Both the position numbers and the translations under genes were made by a program. A stretch of 64,000 bases of DNA, taken from assembly GCA_027053355.1 (NCBI GenBank), contig JALUDX010000195.1, forward strand, positions 846 to 64,845, written 5' to 3'. The notes under the pieces were generated by a model. That model saw only the letters and a program-made list of their open reading frames with translations. It was not told the DNA's origin and ran no database searches. Shown one piece after another: positions 25,294-34,870 of the stretch (the first letter of the stretch is position 1; each line of letters starts with the position of its first letter). The stretch is from Anaerolineales bacterium. GTDB lineage: Bacteria > Chloroflexota > Anaerolineae > Anaerolineales > DRMV01.

Positions 25294-26391
25294 ATGGACA
25301 CGTTTGCCTTTATCATTCACCCCATCCATCCCAAACGCGACGTCAGCCGCAAGTTTCCGCTGCTGGGGCGCATTCTCAGCGAGCGGCAGATCGATTTCTT
25401 TTCCGCCTTTTTCCCGCCAGTGTACATTTCTGAAATTACCGGCATCGTCTCCGCGGCCAGCGGCAAAGAAATCAAAGGCTGGTTCGTGGCCTGCCCCCTG
25501 ACCCCGCGGCGGATGCTGGAACTGCCCGAATGGTGGGTCTACCGCAAAATCATCCAAACGGGGCGGCTGGCCGAGCGTCTGGGGGCGCAAATGCTCGGGT
25601 TGGGGGCGTTCACTTCGGTGGTCGGCGACGGCGGGGTGACGGTGGCGCGGGCGTTGGATGTGCCGGTCACCACCGGCGACGCGTACACCGTGGCCGTAGC
25701 CGTAGAGGCGCTGGAAGAAGCCGCCCGCCAGATGGGCTTGACGCCCTCTCAGACTACGGCGGCGGTGTTAGGCGCGACGGGCGCGATTGGACGGGCTGCG
25801 GCTGCGCTCCTCGCGCGGCGGGTAGGTGAGGTATACTTAATTGGTCGGCAACGCCAGGCTTTAGAAGCCCTACAGCCGGAAATTCGCCAGCGCGGCGGGC
25901 AGGCTCGGCTGCGTATCAGCACCGACCCCGCCGACCTGCGCCACGCGCAACTCATCCTCACGGTCACCAGCGCGTTAGATGCCGTGGTCGAACCGCAACA
26001 CCTGCAGCCGGGCAGCGTGGTGTGCGATGTGGCCCGACCGCGCGACGTCTCGGCCCAGGTGGCTGCCGTGCGCGACGACGTGCTGGTCATCGATGGCGGC
26101 ATGGTGGAAGTGCCAGGGCCGGTAGATTTTCATTTTGATTTCGGCTTTCCCCCTGGCAAGGCCTACGCGTGCATGGCCGAAACCATGGTGCTGGCCTTAG
26201 AAGGACGTTTCGAGGACTATACCGTGGGCAAGCAGTTCCCTTTAGCCAAAGTCGAAGAAATCGCCCGCCTGGCCCAAAAACACGGTTTTCGGCTTAGCGG
26301 TTTTCGCTCGTTCGAAAAACCGGTCAGCGCGGCGCACATTGCCCGGGTGCGCGAGCGGGCACAACAACGCACCACCGGGAGAAGGAGGTAA
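25294..26391 (+). CDS. acyl-ACP reductase-like (AAR / COG5322) NAD(P)-dependent enzyme
   Basis: 365 aa, colinear by eye with cyanobacterial AAR as recalled. Matches are GLGAFTSV vs GGFTSI, TTGDAYTV vs TTGNTHTA, VLGATGAIG vs VVGATGDIG, and YACMAETMVLALEG vs FACFAEAMLLEFEG (catalytic Cys position kept). Confidence 0.6.
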   Translation: MDTFAFIIHPIHPKRDVSRKFPLLGRILSERQIDFFSAFFPPVYISEITGIVSAASGKEIKGWFVACPLTPRRMLELPEWWVYRKIIQTGRLAERLGAQMLGLGAFTSVVGDGGVTVARALDVPVTTGDAYTVAVAVEALEEAARQMGLTPSQTTAAVLGATGAIGRAAAALLARRVGEVYLIGRQRQALEALQPEIRQRGGQARLRISTDPADLRHAQLILTVTSALDAVVEPQHLQPGSVVCDVARPRDVSAQVAAVRDDVLVIDGGMVEVPGPVDFHFDFGFPPGKAYACMAETMVLALEGRFEDYTVGKQFPLAKVEEIARLAQKHGFRLSGFRSFEKPVSAAHIARVRERAQQRTTGRRR

Positions 26392-26394
26392 CCC

Positions 26395-27285
26395 ATGAGC
26401 CAAGCCCGTATCTTGGTAGTCGAGGACGACATCGACATCGCCAACATGCTCAAAATTTATTTCAGCAGCCAAGGCTATGATGTGGATGTAGCCACCCGGG
26501 GCGCCGAGGCCTTAGACAAAACCCGTCAACGCATGCCCCACCTCATCGTGTTAGACATCATGCTCCCCGACATCGATGGCTACGAAGTCTGCCGCCGTCT
26601 GCGCACAAGCACCCGCACCAGCCACATTCCGGTAATCTTTTTGACCCAAAAAGACGAACGCAGCGACCGCTTGCAAGGGCTGGAACTGGGCGCAGACGAT
26701 TACATCACCAAACCCTTCGACATCGAAGAACTACGGCTGCGGGTGCAAAACGCCATTCGCCGGGCAGAACGGGAAAGCCTCACCGACCCGCGCTCTGGCC
26801 TGCCGGCCGGCCGACTGATCGAAGAGCAACTGCGCCGCATCATCCGAGAGCGCGACTGGGCTTTGATGGATATCCGCATCAACCACTACGACGCGTTCCG
26901 CGAAGTGTATGGCTTCGTCGCAGCCAACGACGTCCTTCGCTTCACCGCCATGCTGCTCAACGAAATCATCGACGAAGTCGGCAACCCTGACGATTTCCTC
27001 GGCCACCCCGGCGACGAAAACTTTGTGGTGATCACCACCGAAAAAGCCGCACCGGCCATCCGTGCCCGCCTAAAAGAACGCTTTTCCCAAGAGGTCAAAA
27101 GCCATTACAACTTTCTGGATCGAGAGCAAGGTTACATCCTTTTAGAAGAAGACGGCGTAACCTACAGCGTACCTTTGATGACCGTGTCGGTGGGCATTGT
27201 GTCACCCTCACAGTACCAATTCGCAGACATTCGAGAAATTACCGAACTGGCTGCGGAAGCCCGCCGCAAGGACGCGGGCGAGTAA
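26395..27285 (+). CDS. response regulator: REC domain plus degenerate GGDEF domain
   Basis: REC with DD..., phospho-acceptor D in LIVLDIMLPD, and K in YITKPF. The C-terminal GGDEF-like fold starts TDPRSGLPAGR, with the signature GGDEF replaced by PGDEN. Confidence 0.75.
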   Translation: MSQARILVVEDDIDIANMLKIYFSSQGYDVDVATRGAEALDKTRQRMPHLIVLDIMLPDIDGYEVCRRLRTSTRTSHIPVIFLTQKDERSDRLQGLELGADDYITKPFDIEELRLRVQNAIRRAERESLTDPRSGLPAGRLIEEQLRRIIRERDWALMDIRINHYDAFREVYGFVAANDVLRFTAMLLNEIIDEVGNPDDFLGHPGDENFVVITTEKAAPAIRARLKERFSQEVKSHYNFLDREQGYILLEEDGVTYSVPLMTVSVGIVSPSQYQFADIREITELAAEARRKDAGE

Positions 27286-27450
27286 CACCTCCCCTGCTTG
27301 TTGTGTTGGCTTTCTGAAAGCACCAAGGCGCCGCCGTCAAGGGCGGGGCCGACACCTTGCTTTTCAGCGCTGTGAGTAACGCCCCCCCCTGCATCCATCG
27401 ACGCGACCAAACCTTGCCCTTCTCTATCCTCCTCTTGTTGTTTATAACCC

Positions 27451-30400
27451 ATGTTCGGCGCTGAAATATTGACCTTGGGCATCGCCCTGGCACTGATCGG
27501 CGTGAGCCTGTTGCTCATTGCCGGGGGATTGACGCGCGTGCAGCAGACCGCGACCGCCGCTTTGGCCTCGCCCCTCACCGCGCCGCAGCCGGAGGGAGGG
27601 GAATCTTCCACCACTGAAGAAGGGGTTATCGTGGTGTTGCAAGGTGGGCGGGTGCACTATCTCAACGCCCGAGCCCGCCAATGGTTTGGGCTTTACCCCA
27701 ACGACCAACCTTCGTTGGAACTCCTGGCGCGGCGTGTCCGCCCGCAAGACGATTTCTTCCGCCTTTGCACCCAGCCGAGCAAAGCCCGCCTCACCTTAGC
27801 CACCCAGACCTTAGAAGCCGCCTCTTACGCAGTGCCCTACCAACAACAAAAAGCCATCGTGTTGACCTTGCGCCCTCTGCACCTGCTGGTGTCTAAAAAA
27901 TCGCCCGAACTGCGGGCTTCGACTACCGAGGCGCTGGAAGTTTTCTCTGAACTCAGCCAGCAAGTCGGCGCCCACCTGCACCTGCCCAGCGCCCTCCAGG
28001 CCGCAGTGGCAGCGGTCGACCGTCTACTTCCCTCGGATGTTCTGGAAATCACCCTTTGGGATGAGACCCACACCTTCCTCATCCCTTATCGTTACACCAG
28101 CGCTGGAGCAGAAATCTTCCCCGAAAATGTTAGCGAGCGCTACGAACCAAACCAAGGCTTGACCGGTTACCTCGTTCAAAATCGGCAACCTTTGCTCATC
28201 CGTGATCTGGAACAAGAAATGCCCGTGCCCCCTGCAGTCGACCGCCGCCGTTACCCAGTGCGCGGCTACCTGGGTGTGCCCTTGCTGTTCAACGATGAAG
28301 TGATCGGCACATTGGAAGTCGCCTCCTTCGCCCCCAACGCCTACCACACTGCCGACCTGGAACTGCTCACCTTGCTGGCCGGCCCCATCGCGGTAGCCCT
28401 ACGCAACGCGCAGGTGTTTAGCCAAACCCAGCGCCAGTTGCAAGAACTACGCAGCCTGGCCGAGATCGCCGCCGCCACCGGCGAAGCCAAAGACCCGCAA
28501 CGGCTCATCGAACGCCTGGTGCACACCGTGGCGCCGCTGCTCGCCGCGGAAATCGTCGGCTTTCTGCTCTACGATGAGGCCCACCGGCTGCTGCAGGCTC
28601 AAAAACCTTTTGTTGGCCTCCCCGAAGGGTTTGTCAGCGTGTATCGGGCCTTCATCCCCGCGGGGAGCCCCGCCGACCGGCTGCTGCAGCGCGGCGAACC
28701 CCTGCGCACCGACGACGCCAGCGAAGACCCCCAATGGCAAGCCCTGGGCCTGGCCGACCTGAGCCGCACCGCCGGCATCCGCAGCAGTGTGCTCTACCCC
28801 CTGTGGACCGGTAGCCGCTTTTTAGGCTTTTTGCAGGTCGCCAACAAACCTCGCCAAGCGCCCTTCACCAACGCCGACATCCTGGCCTTGGCCCACGTGG
28901 CCGCGCAGGTCACACCGGTGTTAGAAAACGCCCTCCTCTTCCGTGAAACCCGGCACCGCGCCCAACGGGCTGAAGCCCTGCGGCGGATTGCCAGCCTGGC
29001 CGCCTCGCACGCCACCCTCGACGAAGCCTTCAAATTTTCGGTTTTGGAATTGGCCCACCTGGTCGACGCGCGCTACGCCGCGGTGCTCCTGTTCGACGAG
29101 GAACAAAATCGCCTGCTGCCTCACTTACCTTCCGTGTATGGCATTCCTCCCGCAGTAGCAAGGCGCATCGGCGCCATCCCCGGCCATCGCCCCGACTTTC
29201 ACTTTACGGTAACCCGCAGCGGGCGACCCTTCCTTTCTAATGACATTTCGCAAGACAAACGGGTAATTTCAGCCTACGAAACCATTTTGAACGCCCTGCC
29301 CAACATCCGCTCAGCCATGGTGGTGCCGCTACGCGTGGGGCAAGAAAGCGTAGGCGAAATTCTATTAGGGCATCCCGAAGCCGACCATTTCGACCGCAAC
29401 GACCTGCAAATGGCCCTCACCACCGCTGCCCAAATGGCCTTAGTGGTGGAACGGGAGCACCTGCTAGCCCAAAGCGATGCCAGCCTACGACAACAGGTTG
29501 AAGAACTACGGACAATGGCGCGGATAGGCCGTGAACTTTCACTGCTTTCTTCGCAACAACAGTTGTTGGCCTACGCCTACCAACAAATGGCTGAACTCAC
29601 CCAGGCCGATTGTGGGTACGCCTTTTTGCTCACCGCAGAAGGGCAACCTGGCCTGCGCGTCGGTGACACCGGTGCTGTCGGGCTGCACCCCTTAGAGCGT
29701 TCGGCCATTCAAGCGCAAACCGCGCAGCGCGTCGACGATTTTCAGAACGAGACCGCCTTCCCTCAGCCGCACGAAGAAGTACGCGCCGCATTGGTGCTCC
29801 CTTTGGTGTTCCACAACCGCGTGCTGGGTGTGGCCCATCTCCACGCCAAAAAAGCCTACCACTTTGATGCCTCTCGGCAGCGTCTGGCCAGCCTGCTGGC
29901 ACAGCACGTGGCAGCAGCCTTAGGCGCAGCGCAGCAAACCGAAACCCTGCGGCAAGAAAACCAACGCCTGCAACGCCAAATCCACGCGCTGCAACGCCTG
30001 CGCCAGTTTCTGGCCCAACACGCGCCCCTCGAACACCCTTTCGCCGCGCTCGACGACCTGGTAACCGAAATGCAACATGCTACGGGCTTCGACGCTGTGC
30101 TCCTGGCCCGATACGAACCCACGACCGGTATGCTGCAACCGGTAACCGCACCGGGCTTTGCCCAGGCTGACCCTCTGCCTCTCGATAGTCTCAACCTGCT
30201 GCTGGAAGACCGCTTCCACCATGATGGCGTGTACTTCATCCCCGCGGAGGCTCGCCCCCCTCTGCCACACAACCTGACCCTGCCCGTGCCCGAACGCCCA
30301 TTGCCGCGACTCGACACCCCCCGCGGCTGGCAGGCCGAAGACATCCTCCTCGCGCCCCTACGCACTGACCAAGGCGAGCCCTTGGGCGTACTGCTGTTGC

Positions 30401-33400
30401 AGGCCCCGCGCGATGGCAACCGCCCCGACGACGACCTGTTCGCGGTGCTCCGCCTGTTTGCGGCCCAAGCCGCCTGGCTGCTTCAAGTGCAAGCCGTGCA
30501 ACAAGCCTGGGAAACCGAGCGCCAACGCCTCGCAGCCCAGGCCACCGAAGCCCAAGAGGCTGCACACATCGCCCAACGCGACCTGCCCCGCTGGCTGCGG
30601 AAAGACCTCCAGCAAGCCCTCGACCGCTACACCCTCGCCCGCCGCGCTGAACGCCTGCAAGTGGGGCTGGAAATCACCACCCTGCTCAACCGTCAGCCCA
30701 GCCGCGACGCGGTGCTCAATACCTTGGGGCAGCAACTCTTAGAGCGCATGGGCTTCAACCATGTGCTCATCGGCGAACCCGCTACCGGCGAAAACGGCCA
30801 AACCGTGGTACGGTTAGTGCGCACCTTTGGCGAAGTGCCCTCCAACCTCAAACTTGACCTTTACTTGGGGCAACGCAACCCCCTCGACGAGACCATGCGC
30901 CAGCGCAGCGTGCTCATCGTCAACGACATGAGCCGAGACCAAAACTGGGAACGCTCACCACTGCTACAACACCTACACGCCCAAAGTTTCATTGCCTTCC
31001 CCATCACCGTAGAACAGCACATCCAGGCCATGGTGTTGGCCGTCTCGCAAGCCACGCTGCCCACCCTTTCAGCCAGCGACGGGCAAATTTTCGACCTTTT
31101 AGGCCATCAGGTCGGTATCGTGTTGCAAAACCTTTCGCTGTTAGCGCGCACGTCACGGCGGCTACGCGAAGCCGACCTACTGCTCACCTTCAGCCGCCAA
31201 CTGGGCGTGCTCGACCCCGAACGCATCCTCAACACCCTGATGGAAAGCACTTTAGGCGCGCTGTCCTCAGCCCACGCGGGCTTCATCGCCATGTGGGACG
31301 AAACCCAAAGGGTGCTGCTGCCCCGCTCCGTGGGCGGTTACGCCCAGCCCGAGGCCATTTTCCAAATCACCTTGGGGGAAGACAGCCTGCCCGCGCAAGT
31401 CATGCTGCAAGGCCAACCCCGACGCATCGCGGAACTGGACTTTGCCACCGCCTACCCCTTAGACACCGACGCCCTCCTGGCCTACCACCGCCTGACCGCG
31501 GAGCGAATGCCGGTTTCGAGCATGATGGTGCCCATCCGCACCGGAGAACGCGCCTTGGGGGTCATCGTGCTCGACAATTTCAACGCCCCCAACGCCTTTT
31601 CCATGGAAGACCAAATGCTGGTGGCCTCGTTGGCCCAGCAAACAGCCCTCACGTTAGAAAACGCCTACCTACTGCACACCGCGGAACAACGCGCCGCCCA
31701 ACTGCAAGCCCTGGCCCAGGCTTCCTCCGAATTTCTTGCTCACAGCCGCTCCGAAGAAGAGGTAGTGGCCTCGCTGCTGGAGCGGCTGGCCGAAGTGCTG
31801 CCCTACGATGGCGGCACCCTGTGGCTGCGCGAAGGCGAGCGGCTCACCGTGCGTGACGCCCGCGGCCTCCCCAACGTGGAAGAACTGCTTGGGGTTAGCG
31901 TGGCGGTGGAAGACAGCCGCCTCTTCCAGGATATGTTAGCCTCCCGCCAACCCCTGGTCGTGCCCGACACCCACCAAGACGAACGCTTCCCCGCGGCCGA
32001 GGCCATGCCCAACCGCTCGTGGCTGGGGGTGCCGCTGCGCTTCGAAGACCGGGTGTTGGGCGTGATTGCCTTAGAAAAGCGGGAACCCCGCTTCTACACC
32101 GCCGACTGGGTGCAAACCGCGGCCACCTTCGCCAGCCAGGCCGCGGCCGCGCTGATCAACGCCCAACTGCTGGCCGAAAGCCTGCGCCGCGCCGAAGAAC
32201 TCGACCGCCGCACCCAGCGGCTGGGGCTGGTCTACCAGGCCATGGCTGCCCTTTCGGCCTCTTTGGATCCGCAACACATCGCCAACTACACCGCCGAGCA
32301 CCTGCAGCGGGCTTTGGGCGGCATCCCCACCTCTGTGGTGCTGTGGGAAGACGAAGTCGCCACCGTGGTGGCCGAAAGCCCACCCGCCGAAGACCAGGCG
32401 CTCCCCCAAGCGTTGCCTGCCGCACCGATTTTCGCACACCTGGCCGAAACGCGGGGGCTCTTCCGCAGCGAGCATTACGCGGAAGAGCCGCTGCTGGCCC
32501 CCCTCACCGACTTTTTTACCGCTCACCATGCCCAGGCCGTGGTCGCCCTGCCTCTGGTGGCGGGGCAAACCCTACTGGGCGCTTTGTTCTTCCACTTGCC
32601 CGACCCCGACGCGCTCACCGGCGACGAAGTCGCCTTAGCCCAAACCATTGCCCATCAGGCCGCGATCGCCCTCCACAACGCACGCCTCTACGAAACCACC
32701 CGCCGCTTCAGCGAAGAACTGGAAGCCCGCGTGGCTGAGCGCACCCAAGAACTGCAACAAGAACACCACCGCGCCCAAACCCTGCTGCGCATCATCACCG
32801 AACTTTCGGCCAGCCTGGACCTCGACCAGGTGCTCAACCGCACCTTGGGGCTGCTCAACGAAGCCCTGAGCGCGGAGCAAAGCACCGTGCTGCTGCGGAA
32901 AGAAGGGCAACCCACCCTCTTCTACCGGGCTGGCCACGGCTACACCGACCCGCCTCCGCTGGGCGGTCGCCCCACCCAAATTTCGGCCACCGATTCATTA
33001 GCCGGCTGGGTAATTCAACACGGTGAGGCCGTGCTGATCCCCGACGTGCGCAAAGACCCGCGCTGGCAAAACACCTCGAGCACAGACCACGAACAACACC
33101 GCAGCGCGCTGGCCGTGCCGCTGATTGTGGCCCAAGAGGTGTTGGGCGTGCTGCTCCTCTTCCACCGAGAACCCAATCACTTCACCCCTTACCACCTGGA
33201 TCTGGCCCAGGCCACAGCCAAACAAATCGCAGTAGCCATCACCAACGCCGAACTCTTCGACCTGATTCGCGACCAGGCCGAACACTTGGGCAAACTGCTC
33301 CGCCAGCAAGAAGTAGAAGCCAGCCGTGCCAAAGCCATCCTCGAAGCCATCGCCGATGGGGTGCTGGTCACCGACCCCGAAGGCAAAATCACCTTGTTCA

Positions 33401-34407
33401 ACCCTTCCGCGGAACGCATTTTGGGCGTAGCCGCAGCCCAGGCAGTAGGCCAACCTTTGAACCACTTTGCCGGCCTCTTTGGTGCAGCAGGTCACGAATG
33501 GCTCAAAGCCATCAGCCACTGGCGTGAGAAACCCCAACCTGCAACCCGGCCCACTTCGTTCGCCGCCCAAGTCGAACTGGAAGACAGCCGGGTCATCTCG
33601 GTGCACTTAGCGCCTGTTTTCTTCCGCCATGAGTTTTTAGGCTCGGTCGCGGTGTTCCGAGACATCACCCACCAGGTCGAAGTGGACCGCATGAAGAGCG
33701 AGTTCGTGGCCAACGTCTCTCACGAACTGCGCACCCCACTGACCGCCATCAAAGGGTATGTGGACTTGCTGCTCATGGGGGCTACCGGCAGCCTTACCCA
33801 GCAACAGCAACACTTTTTGGAAACCGTACGCGCCAACACCCAACGCCTGAACCTGTTAGTGGGCGACTTGTTAGACATCTCGCGCATCGAAACAGGGCAA
33901 GTGGCGCTGCACATGCAAACGGTCGACCTGGCCGCCTTGCTGCGCGAGGTGGTCGCAGAACAAGCCCGCCTGGCCAAAGAAAAAGGCCGGAAAGTACACA
34001 TCGAACACCGCCTGCCCCAAGGACTGCCGCCAGTATGGGGCGACCCAGAACGGCTGCGGCAGGTCATTGAAAACCTGGTCGAAAACGCGTATCGCTACAC
34101 CCCCGACGGTGGTCGGGTGCTGGTCACCGCCCGGCCAGTGGGGCGGGCGGTGCAAGTCGACGTCAGCGACACAGGTATCGGCATTCCCCCCGAAGAACAA
34201 GAGCGGGTATTCGAGCGATTTTACCGCATCGAAAGCCCCATGGTCATGGCCACGCCCGGCACCGGCCTGGGGCTGGCCATCGTCAAAACGTTAGTCGAAC
34301 GACACGGCGGCCGCATTTGGCTGAAAAGCACGGGTGTGCCAGGCGAAGGTAGCACGTTCTCCTTCACCATCCCCCTGGCCGCTGAAAATTCCCCTCGCGA
34401 GGCATAG
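27451..34407 (+). CDS. giant sensor histidine kinase: TM, ten GAF-like modules, PAS, HisKA, HATPase_c
   Basis: 2318 aa with an N-terminal hydrophobic helix. There are ten recurrences of the GAF-terminal helix motif (L..LA.Q.A.A..NA.L) spaced about 160-200 aa. PAS-like AILEAIADGVLVTDPEGKITLFNPSAERILG. H-box SHELRTPLTAIKGY. N/G boxes ENLVENAYRYTP, DTGIGIP and GTGLGLAIV. Confidence 0.9.
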   Translation: MFGAEILTLGIALALIGVSLLLIAGGLTRVQQTATAALASPLTAPQPEGGESSTTEEGVIVVLQGGRVHYLNARARQWFGLYPNDQPSLELLARRVRPQDDFFRLCTQPSKARLTLATQTLEAASYAVPYQQQKAIVLTLRPLHLLVSKKSPELRASTTEALEVFSELSQQVGAHLHLPSALQAAVAAVDRLLPSDVLEITLWDETHTFLIPYRYTSAGAEIFPENVSERYEPNQGLTGYLVQNRQPLLIRDLEQEMPVPPAVDRRRYPVRGYLGVPLLFNDEVIGTLEVASFAPNAYHTADLELLTLLAGPIAVALRNAQVFSQTQRQLQELRSLAEIAAATGEAKDPQRLIERLVHTVAPLLAAEIVGFLLYDEAHRLLQAQKPFVGLPEGFVSVYRAFIPAGSPADRLLQRGEPLRTDDASEDPQWQALGLADLSRTAGIRSSVLYPLWTGSRFLGFLQVANKPRQAPFTNADILALAHVAAQVTPVLENALLFRETRHRAQRAEALRRIASLAASHATLDEAFKFSVLELAHLVDARYAAVLLFDEEQNRLLPHLPSVYGIPPAVARRIGAIPGHRPDFHFTVTRSGRPFLSNDISQDKRVISAYETILNALPNIRSAMVVPLRVGQESVGEILLGHPEADHFDRNDLQMALTTAAQMALVVEREHLLAQSDASLRQQVEELRTMARIGRELSLLSSQQQLLAYAYQQMAELTQADCGYAFLLTAEGQPGLRVGDTGAVGLHPLERSAIQAQTAQRVDDFQNETAFPQPHEEVRAALVLPLVFHNRVLGVAHLHAKKAYHFDASRQRLASLLAQHVAAALGAAQQTETLRQENQRLQRQIHALQRLRQFLAQHAPLEHPFAALDDLVTEMQHATGFDAVLLARYEPTTGMLQPVTAPGFAQADPLPLDSLNLLLEDRFHHDGVYFIPAEARPPLPHNLTLPVPERPLPRLDTPRGWQAEDILLAPLRTDQGEPLGVLLLQAPRDGNRPDDDLFAVLRLFAAQAAWLLQVQAVQQAWETERQRLAAQATEAQEAAHIAQRDLPRWLRKDLQQALDRYTLARRAERLQVGLEITTLLNRQPSRDAVLNTLGQQLLERMGFNHVLIGEPATGENGQTVVRLVRTFGEVPSNLKLDLYLGQRNPLDETMRQRSVLIVNDMSRDQNWERSPLLQHLHAQSFIAFPITVEQHIQAMVLAVSQATLPTLSASDGQIFDLLGHQVGIVLQNLSLLARTSRRLREADLLLTFSRQLGVLDPERILNTLMESTLGALSSAHAGFIAMWDETQRVLLPRSVGGYAQPEAIFQITLGEDSLPAQVMLQGQPRRIAELDFATAYPLDTDALLAYHRLTAERMPVSSMMVPIRTGERALGVIVLDNFNAPNAFSMEDQMLVASLAQQTALTLENAYLLHTAEQRAAQLQALAQASSEFLAHSRSEEEVVASLLERLAEVLPYDGGTLWLREGERLTVRDARGLPNVEELLGVSVAVEDSRLFQDMLASRQPLVVPDTHQDERFPAAEAMPNRSWLGVPLRFEDRVLGVIALEKREPRFYTADWVQTAATFASQAAAALINAQLLAESLRRAEELDRRTQRLGLVYQAMAALSASLDPQHIANYTAEHLQRALGGIPTSVVLWEDEVATVVAESPPAEDQALPQALPAAPIFAHLAETRGLFRSEHYAEEPLLAPLTDFFTAHHAQAVVALPLVAGQTLLGALFFHLPDPDALTGDEVALAQTIAHQAAIALHNARLYETTRRFSEELEARVAERTQELQQEHHRAQTLLRIITELSASLDLDQVLNRTLGLLNEALSAEQSTVLLRKEGQPTLFYRAGHGYTDPPPLGGRPTQISATDSLAGWVIQHGEAVLIPDVRKDPRWQNTSSTDHEQHRSALAVPLIVAQEVLGVLLLFHREPNHFTPYHLDLAQATAKQIAVAITNAELFDLIRDQAEHLGKLLRQQEVEASRAKAILEAIADGVLVTDPEGKITLFNPSAERILGVAAAQAVGQPLNHFAGLFGAAGHEWLKAISHWREKPQPATRPTSFAAQVELEDSRVISVHLAPVFFRHEFLGSVAVFRDITHQVEVDRMKSEFVANVSHELRTPLTAIKGYVDLLLMGATGSLTQQQQHFLETVRANTQRLNLLVGDLLDISRIETGQVALHMQTVDLAALLREVVAEQARLAKEKGRKVHIEHRLPQGLPPVWGDPERLRQVIENLVENAYRYTPDGGRVLVTARPVGRAVQVDVSDTGIGIPPEEQERVFERFYRIESPMVMATPGTGLGLAIVKTLVERHGGRIWLKSTGVPGEGSTFSFTIPLAAENSPREA

Positions 34408-34410
34408 GTT

Positions 34411-34779
34411 ATGGCTAAAATCGTGATTGCAGAGGATGAACGGGACATCCGTGAACTCATCACTTTCACCCTGCAGTTCGCCGGGCATCAGGTAATCGCC
34501 ACAGCCAATGGCGCAGAAGCCGTGGCTGCTGTGGAACGGGAACGCCCTGATATCGTGCTGTTAGACGTTCGGATGCCCAAAATGAGCGGCTACGAAGCCT
34601 GCCGCGCCCTGAAAAGTAACGAGAAAACCCACGACATCCCGGTAGTTTTTCTCTCAGCCAAAGGCCAAGAGGCCGAAGTGCAAGAAGGGCTGAAAGCCGG
34701 GGCTAAAGCGTATATTCTGAAACCCTTTGCCCCCGACGAATTGATCGCTCAAGTGGAAGCCATTTTGCACGCCGACTGA
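34411..34779 (+). CDS. single-domain CheY-like response regulator
   Basis: 122 aa with EDE, LLDVRMPKMSG and ILKPF. Starts 3 nt after the kinase stop. Confidence 0.9.
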   Translation: MAKIVIAEDERDIRELITFTLQFAGHQVIATANGAEAVAAVERERPDIVLLDVRMPKMSGYEACRALKSNEKTHDIPVVFLSAKGQEAEVQEGLKAGAKAYILKPFAPDELIAQVEAILHAD

Positions 34780-34870
34780 TGAACGCGCTACATCGCGTCC
34801 CCTCGTCGGCAGGGCAGGCTTGCGTTTCCCTTCAGGCAGCGTCACGGCAAGCCGGAGGACGATCAATATC

